Below are positions 12,174 through 25,105 of a stretch of DNA of 64,000 nt, piece after piece. Source of the stretch: Raja brachyura. Taxonomy: Eukaryota. The stretch lies in contig OY740790.1 of assembly GCA_963514005.1 (NCBI GenBank), positions 20,212,001-20,276,000 on the forward strand, in the 5' to 3' direction. Made by a program: the position numbers and the translations under genes. The number at the start of each line of letters is the position of its first letter. The stretch's first letter is position 1. Under the pieces are notes generated by a model. The model saw nothing but the letters and a program-made list of their open reading frames with translations, was not told the origin of the DNA and did not search any database.

Positions 12174-12486
12174 TGTGTAGGAAGGAACTGTGGATGCTGG
12201 TTTAAACGGAAGATATACACAAAGAGTTGGAGCAATTCAGTAGGTCAGACAGCATCTCTGGAGAAAAGGAATAGGTGACGTTTCGGTGCGAGACCCCTCT
12301 TTAGACTGAGAGTCGGGGGAAAGGGGAACTTTCAAAAGAGGGATAGCAAAGAGGAGGAAGAATGAATTGGAGGTTAAGATTAGATAGAAGATAGAGGAAC
12401 AAAGCTGAACTAACTCAGCGGGACAGACAGCATCTCTGGAGATAAGGAATGGGTGACGTTTTGGGTCGAGACCCTTCTTCAGACTG
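12174..12486 (-). mobile_element. Penelope-derived repeat with partial tandem pseudo-LTRs
   Basis: Starts tgtgtaggaaggaactg; two direct copies of cagcatctctggaga...gtgacgttt..gg.cgagaccc..t.cagactg separated by a purine-rich spacer. Confidence 0.75.
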
Positions 12487-12938
12487 GATAGTTTGCTCAA
12501 GTACATGAATCCAGAGGATCAGTGTTAACTGAACCATTTGAGCACCGTAGGATTCTGTAATCTCAATTTGAACAGGGTCAGCTATGGACAGACATGATCA
12601 GAATGAATCTTCATCTATTGTTCCCCAACATGCAATAACCCATGTCCAGAACCACTGTAAAATCTTCCACTTCTTGTTCCAGATGCTTTTATTGGTTTTT
12701 GAATGCCAAACTGTTTCACCTCTTTGCCTTAGAGTATCTGAGTTTCTGTTCAAGCTTCTGCTGTATTTTATAACATGGGCACAGATAACATCTCTCTGTG
12801 ACGAAAATAGTAAATGTGGGTGTTGAGTGTGTACATTGGTGTGGATTGTGCTTTCGAATATTGTTTCACCCCAAATGATGAAACCCTACAGTAATTTGAG
12901 AACAGAGACTAATATTAGATATTAAGGCAATGAAGGAA

Positions 12939-13695
12939 TGTCAAGTCAAGAGAGTTTATTGTCATTGGGGGAGTCCAGAACAAGGGGCCACAGTTTAAGA
13001 ATAAGGAGTAAGCCATTTAGAACGGAGACGAGGAAACACTTTTTCTCACGGAGAGTTGTGAGTCTGTGGAATTCTCTGCTTCAGAGGGCAGTGGAGGCAG
13101 GTTCTCTGGATGCTTTCAAGAGAGAGTTGGATAGGGCTCTTAAAGATAGCAGAGTCAGGGGAAATGGGGAGAAGGCAAGAACGGGGTACTGATTAGGGAT
13201 GATCAGCCATGATCACATTGAATTGCGGTGCTGGCTCGAAGGGCCGAATGACCTACTCCTGTACCTATGGTCTATTGTCATGTGTCCCAGATAGGACAAT
13301 GAAATTCTTGCTTGCTGCAGCACAACAGAATATTGTAAGCAAAAATACTGAACAGTTCAGTTCAATATACACATTTATGCAGATAAAGTGCAATAGGCTG
13401 TTACAGTTTAGAGTCTGTTTGTTGGCGAGTTTAAGAGCCTGATAGCTGTGCGGAAGAAGCTGTTCCTGAACCTGGATTTAACAGATTTCAGGCTCCTGTA
13501 CCTTCTGCCAGATGGTAGCAGAGATATGAGTGCATGGCCAGGATGGTGTGGGTCCTTGATGATGTTGGCAGCCTTTTTGAGGCAGCCACTGCGATGATCC
13601 CTTCGATGGTGGGGAGGTCAGAGCCGATGATGGACTGGGCAGTGGTTACAACTTTCTGCATCCTTTTCTGCTCCTGAACGCTCAGGTTGCCGAAT
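12939..13695 (-). mobile_element. Rex/Babar 3' fragment, interrupted by CR1
   Basis: Closely similar to 655-1140 (tcaagagagtttattgtc...ggacaatgaaattcttgcttgctgcagcacaacagaa). Confidence 0.85.
12966..13281 (+). mobile_element. CR1 3' fragment with 9-bp TSD
   Basis: ESRTRGHSLRIRSKPFRTETRKHFFSRRVVSLWNSL is the CR1 ORF2 C-terminus; TSD tattgtcat at 12957-12965 and 13273-13281. Confidence 0.85.
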
Positions 13696-15354
13696 GTGGG
13701 ATTGATGCAGGAGAAGTGGTGATGCGGGGAAAAAAATCAGCCATTACCTCATTGACTGTTGATTAGCATGGGTGTCAGGAATTATGGGGAGAAGGCAGGA
13801 GAATGGGTTAGGAGAGAAAGATAGATCAGCCTCGATTGAATGGTGGAGTAGACTTGATGGGCTGAATGGCCTAATTCTATTCCTAACAATTATGAACTGA
13901 CGAACTTATGATTGGTTCAGGTGACATGAGCAGTTGAATGGCCTATTCCTACCCAACTTTCCATGCTGTTTTAATAATTTAAACAATGTTGTTTTGCATT
14001 TGGGGAAGACAGCCTTCTGTTAAGGATTAATGACTCTGATAACGCCTAGCACACTATCCCGTTTTCTCTTCTTACTAACATATAGTAAATTCTTGGAAAC
14101 ACTTAGTAGTTCAGAGAGCATCTGTGGAAAGGGAAACAAGGTTTGATGTTTTGGGTCTTTCATCAGGTCTAGAAGATGTTCAAGACTGAGCTTTCTTTCA
14201 TGTTGTACAAAGTGAGTTAAAAAAAAAAACAAGCTTTTGCTCTTTTTATTATTTAACCATACATCTCCTGAAAGGAAAGCCTTGTGAAGATTGACCAGAG
14301 GGCCAACCTGAACCATGGAACTGTGCAGCCCCATTAATCACCATGAGAAGAGTTGTAAGGGAAGGGAATTGAAGGGAGACACAAGGAGAAAACAGACTTT
14401 AATGCCATGGCCCTGTGGCAAATTAACTTGCATTGCTGCTGCATGTGTGTGCCTGAGGTATGATTACTTGGGCAAGTTATCAAAACACCGCTCGTGCCCG
14501 TCCCACTACAATCCAGTGTGAGTCACTGCCTTAAGAAGCATGAAATTGAGGTGGGGAAATTGACCCCTATCTTGGGTTTGAATTGCATACAAACGCATGG
14601 TGTATGCAAAAAAAAGAAACCAAATCTCAGTCCTTTTCATGGTTTGAACTGCTTCACATTGGAAAGTAGATGGAGTATGCAGCTGCATCAGCAAGATACA
14701 CTGGTGCAGCACAATGCACCACAGTGGTTCAACCTCCCATTACACCAGTGTCCCCTTGCATTACTGACCCACATGTTCCCCAACAGCATCATCTGAAAAC
14801 ACAGCAGCAAACCTTCACACATAAGGGTCGAAGGGCCGAATGGCCTCCTCCTGCACCTATTTTCTATGTTTCTAAGCCATTGACAGCAATTTTTCCATGC
14901 TCAATTAAGATTAGTTTATCGTTTACACCAGGGTGCAATGAAATCCCTTACTCAAATGAAGCTCACAGAATAAACAATATACATTAGACAATGATACATC
15001 CAATACACACAATGAGGATGGTGCAAGATTTTAGTGCAATCTGAAATAGTGCAAAATGTCAGTACCTCCAGTAAAGGGGCGATTGTTTCAGGAGTCTGAC
15101 AGTAGTATGAATCTATTGACCTCTCCACTGGTTTTAGTTTTCAGGCTACTTGCCCTATGCCCAGTGCTGGATGAGTGGAAATTTCATCTCATTGAATATT
15201 GGGAAGATGAAGCCCTGTTTTTGGTTTGCAAATGTTGTTAACGATTCTGTCAATTATTCTGCATCTCTGTCAGTTGAGTTTATCTTTAGTTGTGGATTCA
15301 TGAGACAAGCTTTAACAGAAACAGGAGGAGGTCGCTCATCTCCTTGAGCCAGTT

Positions 15355-15596
15355 TACTTTATTTTATTGTCATCCGTACTGAGGTACACGTGAAACGCTT
15401 TTGTTGCATGCTAAGCAATCAGTGGAAGCCAATATATGATTACAATTTAGCCATCCACAGTGTACAGATACATGATAATGGCTATAATGTGAAAAAACCT
15501 TTAGTTTACAAGATAATGTCCAGTAAAGTCCAATTAAAGATAGTCTGCGGGTCTTCAATAGTAGCTCAGGACTGCACTCTAGACGTTGGTAGGATG
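15355..15596 (-). mobile_element. Rex/Babar-type 3' UTR fragment (continues at 16996-17022)
   Basis: Reverse complement of the 3' ends at 29260-29405, 59730-59838 and 62720-62975 (ttttcactgtacctcggtacacgtgacaataaa). Confidence 0.65.
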
Positions 15597-16904
15597 ACAT
15601 CGGTTAGTCTAACATCGGTAGTGGGGAAACTGCTAGAGTCAGTTATTAAAGATGGGATAGCAGCGCATTTGGAAAGTGGTGAAATCATTGGACAAAGTCA
15701 GCATGGATTTACGAAAGGTAAATCATGTCTGACAAATCTGATAGAATTTTTCGAGGATGTAACTAGTAGAGTGGATAAGGGAGAACCAGTGGATGTGTTA
15801 TATCTAGACTTTCAGAAGGCTTTCGACAAGGTCCCGCATAAGAGATTAGCATACAAACTTAAAGCACACGGTATTGGGGGTTCAGTATTGATGTGGATAG
15901 AGAACTGGCTAGCAGACAGGAGGCAAAGGGTAGGAGTAAACGGGTCCTTTTCAGAATGGCAGGCAGTGACTAGTGGGGTGCCGCAAGGCTCAGTGCTGGG
16001 ACCCCAGCTATTTACAATATATATTAATGATTTGGACGAGGGAATTCAATGCAACATCTCCAAATTTGCAGATGATACCAAGCTGGGGGGTATAGTTAGG
16101 TGTGAGGAGGATGCTTGGAGGCTGCAGGGTGATTTGGATAGGCTGAGTGAATGGGCAGATGCATGGCAGATGCAGTATAATGTGGATAAATGTGAGGTTA
16201 TCCACTTTGGTGGCAAAAACATGAGGGTAGACTATTATCTGAATGGTGGCAGATTAGGTAAGGGGGAGATGCAACGAGACCTGGGTGTCATGGTACACCA
16301 GTCATTGAAAGTAGGCATGCAGGTGCAGCAGGCAGTGAAGAAAGCAAATGGTATGTTAGCATTCATAGCGAAAGGATTTGAGTATAGGAGCAGGGAGGTT
16401 CTACTGCAGTTGTACAGGGTTTTGGTGAGGCCACACCTGGAGTACTGCGTACAGTTTTGGTCTCCAAATCTGAGGAAAGACATCCTTGCCATAGAGGGGG
16501 TACAGAGAAGATTCACCAGACTGATTCCTGGGATGTCAGGACTTTCATATGAGGAAAGATTGGATAGACTCGGTTTGTACTCGATGGAATTTAGAAGATT
16601 GAGGGGGGATCTTATAGAAACCTACAAAATTCTTAAGGGGTTGGACAAGCTAGATGCTGGAAGATTGTTCCCGATGTTGGGGGAGTCCAGAACAAGGGGT
16701 CACAGTCTAAGGATAAGGGGGAATTCCTTTAGGACCGAAATGAGGAAAACATTCTTTACACAGAGAGTGGTGAGTCTCTGGAATTCTCTGCCACAGAAGC
16801 TAGTTGAGGCCAGTTCATTGGCTATATTTAAGAGGGCGTTAGATGTGGCACTTGTGGCTAAAGGGATCAGGGGGTATGGAGAGAAGGCAGGTACGGGATA
16901 CTGA
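15597..16904 (+). pseudogene. CR1 ORF2 reverse transcriptase domain (open but 5'-truncated)
   Basis: VSLTSVVGKLLE, SQHGFTKGKSCLTNL, YLDFQKAFDKVPH, GVPQGSVLGPQLFTIYINDL, SKFADDTKL; no stops over ~435 codons. Confidence 0.93.
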
Positions 16905-16995
16905 GTTGGATGATCAGCCATGATCACATTGAATGGCGGTGCAGGCTCGAAGGGCCGAATGGCCTACTCCTGCACCTATTTTCTATGTTTCTATG
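15597..16995 (+). mobile_element. Young 5'-truncated CR1 LINE
   Basis: Uninterrupted RT frame, 3' UTR and (tttctatg)2 tail; possible short TSD gatg at 15593-15596 and 16995-16998. Confidence 0.95.
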
Positions 16996-17352
16996 ATGGT
17001 TCAGTTGCTTGATAACAGCTGAGAGGTAGCAGCAGACCCATTGTTTTCTGAGGTCTTGGTAGATCCAGTATCCTGACGACTTCACTGCCTGATCCCTATA
17101 TCTCTTGGTTCCTTTCATGCCAAAAGATCCATTTGTCTCAGCATTTGTCTCAATACTGTGAGAGATACATCATGAGCCTTGATCTTATTGAATGGCAGAA
17201 CAAGTTTGAAAACCTGCTCCTGATTCTTGACGTTGCACAAGTTCTCTAAGCTCATCACCCCGCGCCTGCTAAGCAATGCCGGCTAAACTATAACTCAACC
17301 ATAGCTCTCTCATCTTTAGTTATAATCTTCCCAAGGACTGATCCCTCCTTAA

Positions 17353-17899
17353 AGGGCCTGTCCCACTTGGACGGTCTAATCCACGAGTTTAGAAGACCCT
17401 AGACGAGTTGAAAAAAATGTCACGGTCGTGTTGACTCGCCAAAGTAAAAGACCTCATACGACTATGACATCCTACGACTATGTCTACGACCGCCTACGAC
17501 CCCCCTCGACCACAGTCTTCCACACCTAAGACCAACTGCGACTAGCTACGAGTGAAAATGATCACATGATAAAATGATGTAATTTTTTTGCTTTTTTTTC
17601 TCGGGCCAGTTACTGACCTGCGACTATCTACAACTACCTACGACTACCATCACGACCTACTACAACCCACCTATGAGTAAAAAGTATCAATTTTTTCCAT
17701 GCCGACCTTTTTTTTACTCGTGGACATTTTATATCAGGCAGGGAAAAACGCTGCGACCTACTTGAGGCCACGAGTAGAAGACCACTCACAAGCATGAGGC
17801 AGAGTGACCTACGACCTCATGGCGACCGTGCTGCAAGTATGATTCAAGGGCAAACTCAGCAGAGGTCGCCAAATAGTTCGTGAAAGTGGGACCGGGGCT
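17353..17899. mobile_element. PIF/Harbinger-type MITE
   Basis: TIRs agggcctgtcccactt / aagtgggaccggggct, TAA TSD (17350-17352, 17900-17902), internal ctacgac repeats. Confidence 0.75.
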
Positions 17900-18044
17900 T
17901 AACTATGTAAATCCCTCCTCTCCTGATACACCCTATGAATCATTTTTGATCCTCCAGCTCTGACCAATTGACCGTTCCCAATTTGAATTGCTTCCTCACA
18001 GGCAGCCTTTACATTGGCTGTCCAGGCTCCTAAGTTTATGTTGA

Positions 18045-18510
18045 TGTCATAGGAACAGAATTAGCCATGCGGCCCATGGAGTCTAGTCCGCCATTCAATC
18101 ATGGCTGATCTAATTTTCACTCGTAACTCTATTCTCCTACCTTCTCCCCGTAACCTATGATACACTTACTAATTAAGAACCTATGAATCTCTGCTTTAAA
18201 AATACTCAAAGACTTGGTCTCCGCAACCATCTGTGGCAATGAATTCCACAGATTCACCACCCTTTGAGTAAAGAAATTCCTCGTCATCTTCTTTCTAGAG
18301 TTATGTCCTTTTATTCAAAGGCTGTGCTCTCTGGTGCTAGACTCTCCAACTAGTGGAACCATCCTCTCCACATCGACACTATCCAGGCCTTTCAGATCCC
18401 ATTCATTCTTCTAAACTTCAGCCATTAAACACTCATCATATGTTAACCTAATTATCCCCGGGATCATTCTCGTAATCCTCCTCTCGACCCTCTCAAATGC
18501 CAGCACCCTC
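18045..18510 (-). mobile_element. CR1 3' fragment
   Basis: Reverse complement of CR1 3' UTR and ORF end (gaattccacagattcaccaccct). Confidence 0.7.
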
Positions 18511-20007
18511 CTTAAGCTTTGCATTCCCTCACTAAACCTGTCAATCTCCCCGCTCTTTCTTAACACCCTGGATAAACGCAGAAACTACCAAGAATATGGT
18601 CATCAAGTCCTAATACCACCTGTGCGTCATTTTTTGCAATAAGCCTGACACCAGTTTTGCTACATTAAAATGCCACATAAATGCAAACTTGGTCTAGAAA
18701 TTTGGAGTGCCACGTACTCTTCATGTGGTAATCTTCAGCGGTGACCTGGGGCCAAGGTGCAAAGCCTCAGCTACCACAGGGCGGGAGTTACATGTTTTCC
18801 TCTGCACACTATGTCGAGCGTGCAAAGGGAAATACAGTATAGCAGCCAGGACTGGGGTGGTTCAGAGGATGTGGAGGTTGGTGGGATTGGGACGATTGAG
18901 AGGGCTGGCTAGTAGCCAGTGATCCTTTTTGTAGTAATCAAGTAAAATTATACCATTGCACTGCCGTCCTCGGCTACAAAGTTAAAGGGTTGAGTGCTGC
19001 AGGTGATGGTGCTTAGAAAGATGAAAGTAAATGAGGAATTCAAATATCTCATGGTGAAGGAAATCTCCAACTAACATTCCAAAGTAGAACTAATTTATAA
19101 TTCCATGTTATCCCAACGTATTTGTGAATAGTATACCATTGCATACATCAAAAACATCAATCACAGTTTATGCTTCATTTCTCTTAATTATATACCTTCA
19201 TCACTTCTGTTGTGGTGACAGTGTCACTGAAACACTGAATCTGGACTTGCTGCTGAACCCGGAGTCACTCCTGACTTTTGGACTTGTCAAAGTCTGGATA
19301 GTTCATGAAATGCATTCAGTTGCATCGATGACTATAATAGATCAATTCTCTTTACCATGTGAAGCCTGCATCAAATGAGTATCGGGTGATTCTGTCCGTT
19401 TGCTTTTACGCCTGACCTTTTTTTTAAGACTGATGCAGAGACAAAGCAAGCAATGTGAGGCCGCTCTGTTACCATTTCCAATATGCTTTATTGGACAAGG
19501 TTTCAAGAACACAGGACAGACAGGGATATCTCGGATAATGACAGGCTGATGCCTTGATTACTTGGAGGTCTGGTATTTCTTTGTTCTTTGAACTTTCTTT
19601 CAGCAGTTGCCACGACTGACTGATGCTGATTAGACATTTTGCCAGTCAAATTCTTGAACCTCAGAACAGTCCATTTCTTGGATACATTTGTTGCACCGAC
19701 TAGGCATTGCTTCTTAAATTGAATATTGAGTGTCACTATGTGGCATTGGTGTTTTAGTGTGGAGAATTAAAAAATATTTCTCCACAATAACAAAATAAAA
19801 TATTTTTTTTTCCTCCATATAGAGATGTGGAGTTTTGCTTAGTTATAGTTTCCTTACTGCCAAATGTTATGTACTCCCTTTTATTAAATGGCCATTCTTT
19901 ATTTATGTAGTTCGTCTAGCCAGGGTTTGTGGCTGATTCGATTCCTGGGGAATTGTCTCTTGCCAAATCCGAGATACTGAGTCTAATTACAACATTCCTG
20001 ATGCCTT

Positions 20008-20163
20008 CGAAGGTAGACCCAAAATGCTGGAGTAATTCAGCGGAACAGGCAGCATCTCTGGAGAGAAGGAAGACATCTACAGACATGCTGCCTGTCTCAC
20101 TGAGTTACTCCAGCATTTTGTGTCTACCTTCGATTTAAACCAGCATCTGCAGTTCTTTCCTAC
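20008..20163. mobile_element. Palindromic Penelope-derived short repeat
   Basis: cgaaggtagacccaaaatgctggagtaa inverted with ttactccagcattttgtgtctaccttcg. Confidence 0.75.
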
Positions 20164-20176
20164 GTATTCCCATTGC

Positions 20177-20610
20177 CCATAGAAACATAGAAACATAGAA
20201 ATTAGGTGCAGGAGTAGGCCATTCGGCCCTTCGAGCCTGCACCGCCATTCAATATGATCATGGCTGATCATCCAACTCAGTATCCCGTACCTGCCTTCTC
20301 TCCATACCCTCTGATCCCCTTAGCCACAAGGGCCACATCTAACTCCCTCTTAAATATAGCCAATGAACTGGCCTCAACTACCCTCTGTGGCAGAGAGTTC
20401 CAGAGACCCACCACTCTCTGTGTGAAAAAATTCCTTCTCATCTCGGTCCTAAAGGATTTCCCACTTATCCTTAAGCTGTGACCCCTTGTCCTGGACCTCC
20501 CCAATATCGGGAACAATCTTCCTGCATCTAGCCTGTCCAACCCCTTAAGAATCTTGTAAGTTTCTATAAGATCCCCTCTCAATCTCCTAAATTCTAGAGA
20601 GTATAAACCA
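20177..20610 (-). mobile_element. Young CR1 3' fragment
   Basis: RGDLIETYKILKGLDRLDAGRLFP...GYGEKAGTGY, nearly identical to 16580-16995; (catagaaa)3 tail. Confidence 0.92.
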
Positions 20611-20786
20611 TTCCGTCTTGCGTTACTGATGTCGTTAACGATTAGGTCTTGTAACTTGAGGTTTAGTATGAGGCTTGTTCAATTCTACATGGCATGTTCT
20701 AAATCCCATTGGGTAGAAAATTGTTACAATATTAATCGAAGTGGACCAAGGTTATTTTTCACTTTTCGCAGTGAGTGGTTTTTAAT

Positions 20787-21058
20787 ATGCAAGAAGGAAC
20801 TGCAGATGCTGGTTTACACCGAAGATAGACACAAAATGCTAGAGTAACTCAGAGGGTCAGAAGGTAACTAAGATCATAAATTATAGTAGAATTAGGCCAT
20901 TCGGCCCATCAAGTCTACTAGGTCATTCAATCATGGCTGTTCTATCTCTCCCACCTAACCCTATTCTCCTGCCTTTTCCCCATAACCTCTGACACCCATA
21001 CTAATCGAGCATCTCTGGAGAGAAGGAATGGGTGATGTTTTGGGTCGAGACCCTTCGT
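20787..21058 (-). mobile_element. Penelope-derived repeat interrupted by a CR1 3' tail (~20874-21005)
   Basis: gaaggaactgcagatgctgg...actcagagggtcag resumes at gcatctctggagagaaggaatgggtgatg. Confidence 0.65.
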
Positions 21059-21898
21059 TTTTTATAATCTGACGTCTTGATGGATATGGAAGTATTTTCA
21101 TCAATTCCACTTTCCCAGTGGGGATCTATTCCCAAAGATATTGGAATTCACAGATCAGACTTGAAAGCTTTCATCTCTTAATCATGCATTTTTCACGGAA
21201 CTGTTCTGGGAAGGCCTGGCAAATGGGAAGAATGAACTAAATATGTTCTCAGAGACACTGGAACAGAAGATAAACTGCCAAAAATGATCTGGAGAGTGAG
21301 CAGCCAAGAGAAAAAGAGAAGACAGGCTACAGTGGTTAGAAAAAAACCATAAGATTTACGATTATGGAAAAACAATGAAGCTGTTTCTGCATTGACTGCA
21401 TTAAACTGAAAATTGATCTAAATATGATAACCAATCTAATTATGGCACTGTTCCAACTGGCCAGTCATTGCCCAACTCATCCTGTCTTCTATTATATTTT
21501 CTCTCTGTTTGTTTCTCTCATGGAGAAGACATACAAAATGGTTGAAGATTAGACAGGTTGGAACTATAATTAGGTGTTCTTCAAAAGGCCCGTAACACGG
21601 TGCTTGGTAAAGAATGGATTGGCGGAGGAAGTCACAAAGAGACGCTGGGCTGAGTTTATACAGAGATTTGAAGATGACAATGAGCATTTTAAACAGCATT
21701 GTCAGATTGGGAGCCTGTTTGGTCAGTGAGAATGGAGTGAGTGGCAATTGTCATTTGGTATAGTGTGAGGTACAAGCCTTTCGCTTTGTGCAAGTTAGGG
21801 AAAGGTGGGTCAGCATGAAAGAAAGAAACCGGAAAGACTAAGTTTTTAAAAGATTTAGTGTGGATTGGGATCTCAGGGGATGCCATGAGAATGAAGTA

Positions 21899-22240
21899 TG
21901 TATCGGAAGGAACTGCAGATGCTGGTTTACACTGAAGATAGACACAACATGCTGGAGTAACTCAGCGGGACAGGCAGCATCTCTGGAGAAGGAATGGGTA
22001 TTGTTATGGGTGGAGGGAGAGGGAATTACAGAAATAAGAAGTGTAAGTGATCAAAAGAGACACAGATAATGGTAAATGTAGAATAGACCGTTGTTTGGTA
22101 GGAGAAGGTGACAAAGCAAATAGAGACACAATGTGATCAGAGGGACGGGCAGACTGGTCGGAGAATTGGGAAGGAGGAGGATGGAGAGAGAGGGTGCAGC
22201 AACCACAGTATTAGACTTGGGGTTTAAGCTGGCAAGTGGG
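21899..22240 (-). mobile_element. Penelope-derived repeat with internal 3' UTR
   Basis: Family terminus ggaaggaactgcagatgctgg followed by the purine-rich internal segment also seen at 520-645 and 47262-47450. Confidence 0.65.
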
Positions 22241-24872
22241 AACCAAGGGCTGAGTTAATGCAATCTGTGGAGATTGCCAACTCGGTGACATCCAGTGTGA
22301 TGGCTTTAGTGAGGATTCGACTGGATCCAGCTTGTATGGTGAATAGCACAAGTGATGCATGGGGAAATTGATCTTCGTGTAAGGTATTTATCTCTCACCC
22401 CCACCTACCAGCTTCAAATTCAACCAGAAGTTGATTAGACAGAATTCAAAATACATTTCACTATATTTCTTTGTTATTCATTGGTGTTCTAGTGATTTTG
22501 ACATTGGTTTGCTTAGCAAAGGGTGAAAAAATAGTTAACTACTGTAGCAATGGGAATAGCAGACTGAATCGCTTCTGTTTTGCTGTTGGCCTTGTCGAGG
22601 GTGTAGTGCAGATGCTGCACCCGGGTCTAACCCAAACTGGCCGCGGTACAGTCTGCACTGCAGCATCAACTCTCTTTCTTTCTCCATAAATGCCGTCTCC
22701 AGCTATTTCTGTTATTATTTCATACTACCAGCATCGGCAATTTTTTGTCTCCTTGAGTTAAATCATGCGGTGAGGAAGAGGGTATGCACTCAGTAGCAAA
22801 TAACAGATCCATGGAAGTGTGTGTAACAGAAAGAGAGCACTTGGCCACACGCATTGAGAAAGAGCATTTTGGTCCAGTCCTTCCTCCCAGTTCCTGGTCT
22901 GCAATATCTGGTAATTAATATAAATCATAGTCATAGAGTGATACAGTGTGGAAACAGGCCCTTTGGGCAAATTTGCACAAGATGTCCCAGCTACACTAGT
23001 CAAAATCAGTCAAGTTTAAAAAAAATGTAAAATCACTTTTCTTCACTTCTTTGAGTAATTACATTTGTTCTGACCAGCATTCCATTGTAAGGCAGGTGAG
23101 AATGGATAGAGAACATGCTTATTAGTGGTAGCACTCATCTGACCCAGACGGTTCTGAACATTGAAAGTAAATGGAAGGTCACAGACTACTAATGACATAA
23201 GTTGGAGGGGCCTGTCACAATGTTACCGCACAATCAAGACCCTGCTTTTTCTTAGATGTGGCTGCTCTGCAATGAAGCAACTCTACGAGGAGCATGTGAT
23301 TGATCAGGTTGGCCCCAGCAAATAGTTTACTCTGCAGAAAGGTGGGAGTACAAGGAAACAAGCTGAAATGTAAGTAACTTGGAAGTAAGAACAGAAGCCA
23401 TGCAGAGCATTTTGAGTCTGAGTGAAAGCAGGCGATATGTGGATTCTAGACTCAACAAGTTCTGTTTTAGGAGAAACAGAAGAAATTGTAGGATGAGAAG
23501 ATCGGTATGTGGGATTGATCACTCGAAGGAGACAGCTGTGATGAGCCTAATGGCTTTCTCCTGTCACTTAGCATTTGTGAAGCTTGTGGGAAGCAGTCAA
23601 TCACACTTGGTTTGCTCTTCTTTTAATGTCTGTGCAAAAGCTCCCAACTGCAGGGAATTTGGAATGGGCCAAATGGATTAGACTGTGCTCTTAGAGAGTC
23701 TATCAACCATTAGTCTCCGTCTGCCCTGAATAATCTCACTTTCCTCACTATTTCTGACAGCACTGTAGAACTACTGGCGAGAGCTATTTCAGGCTTATTC
23801 CAGACCCAGCATGTCAGGATTTTGGTGAATCATAACAAAACTAATTTTTTCCCTGACTTTGTGATTAAAAGTTTGATACCTGGCTATATCTGATGTGGGT
23901 TCCTGTCTGCAAGTCCACACAGGAGATATAGCCCGATCTTTACTGTGATATGGAAGGAGATTGAGAGGGCACCGTTTTAATGAAAAGGCGGCTGAGGAAA
24001 AAAAAATATTTGTTTATTCACAAATGTTAAATGCAGGTGACCTAGAAAATGGAGTGATTAGCATCTGTTTTTCATATGCAAAGGCTCGCCAATTATTTTC
24101 AGATTAAATCTCAACCATTAGAAAATTGGCCCTTGGAACTTCCATGTGCAATTTGGCTTGGTCATAGAATATTTCTCCATTGTAAATTGAACACCTAATG
24201 ACTTTGCAAATCATACATCAACCATTTCCTCTCTTTCTAGCATAAACTAGAGCTCTTCAGCTCCAGAGTTCATCTTCATCTAACAGTCATGTAAAAACTT
24301 GGAGCACATTGCAATGGGGTGACCAATGAGACATCTGTCAAGGGTTGATTCATGCACAAAGCATCTAGCAGCGTCATTTCTTTTTTTTCTGTGGCTCAGA
24401 ATATCTGAAGCCACATCACTTGTCAGGACTGATTGCTGACCTTTTATACAGAGTGCAAAGGAGCAATGCACAGCCACCTTTGACTCATTGATAATCCCAC
24501 ACCTCAGAGGAATGGGACCACTCACAACATGGAATTTGATCAGGACACATGATTATAGGGCAGATGTAAGATCAATGTGTTTTCCCTTAGCTCCACGGTA
24601 ACCTTCTTGTAGCTTCATTGTCTCTCACCTACCCAGTGATCAGTGAAGTTAAAGACATGACATGTGAAAGCACAGATTATCTTCTTCTTATCGAGTCCAT
24701 ACACAAGATTAGAAGTTGTTCAGCCAGAGCTGAACACACTTCTCGGCATCTGCATACAATGGTGTCTGTCTTGCGCTTCTTGTGTGTGGTGGTGGAAAGA
24801 TTGGTGAAAGATTGGTGAAAAACAGGGCCACAATGTGAACGCTCTTTCCTTGACCCCAGCTGAGATTATAAT

Positions 24873-25105
24873 ATGTAGGAAGGAGCTGCAAATGCTGATT
24901 TACAGCAAGATAGACATAAAATGCTGGAGTAATTCAGCGTGTCAGGCAGCATATCTGGAAGAAAGGAATAGATGATGTTTCAGGGTCAAGACCCCTCTAT
25001 GAGACTCAGTCTGAGAAGGGTTTCGACCTGAAACATCACCTATTCCTTTTCTCTAGCGATGCTCGAGAAACCCGCTGAGTTACTCTAGCACTTGGTGTCT
25101 ATCTG
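24873..25105. mobile_element. Palindromic Penelope-derived short repeat
   Basis: Arms inverted around gagactcagtctgag; degenerate hammerhead core ctgagaagggtttcgacctgaaacatc. Confidence 0.75.

Noticed and set aside
15390-16904. 504-aa ORF as a host gene
   Set aside because: It is a 5'-truncated CR1 RT with its own 3' tail, inserted into another repeat.
17455-17670. CRISPR-like iterated ctacgac repeats
   Set aside because: Short irregular motifs without unique spacers, inside a TIR-bounded MITE in a eukaryotic genome.
20177-20610. TSD for the young minus-strand CR1
   Set aside because: Only a loose ccatt match at the flanks; not convincing.
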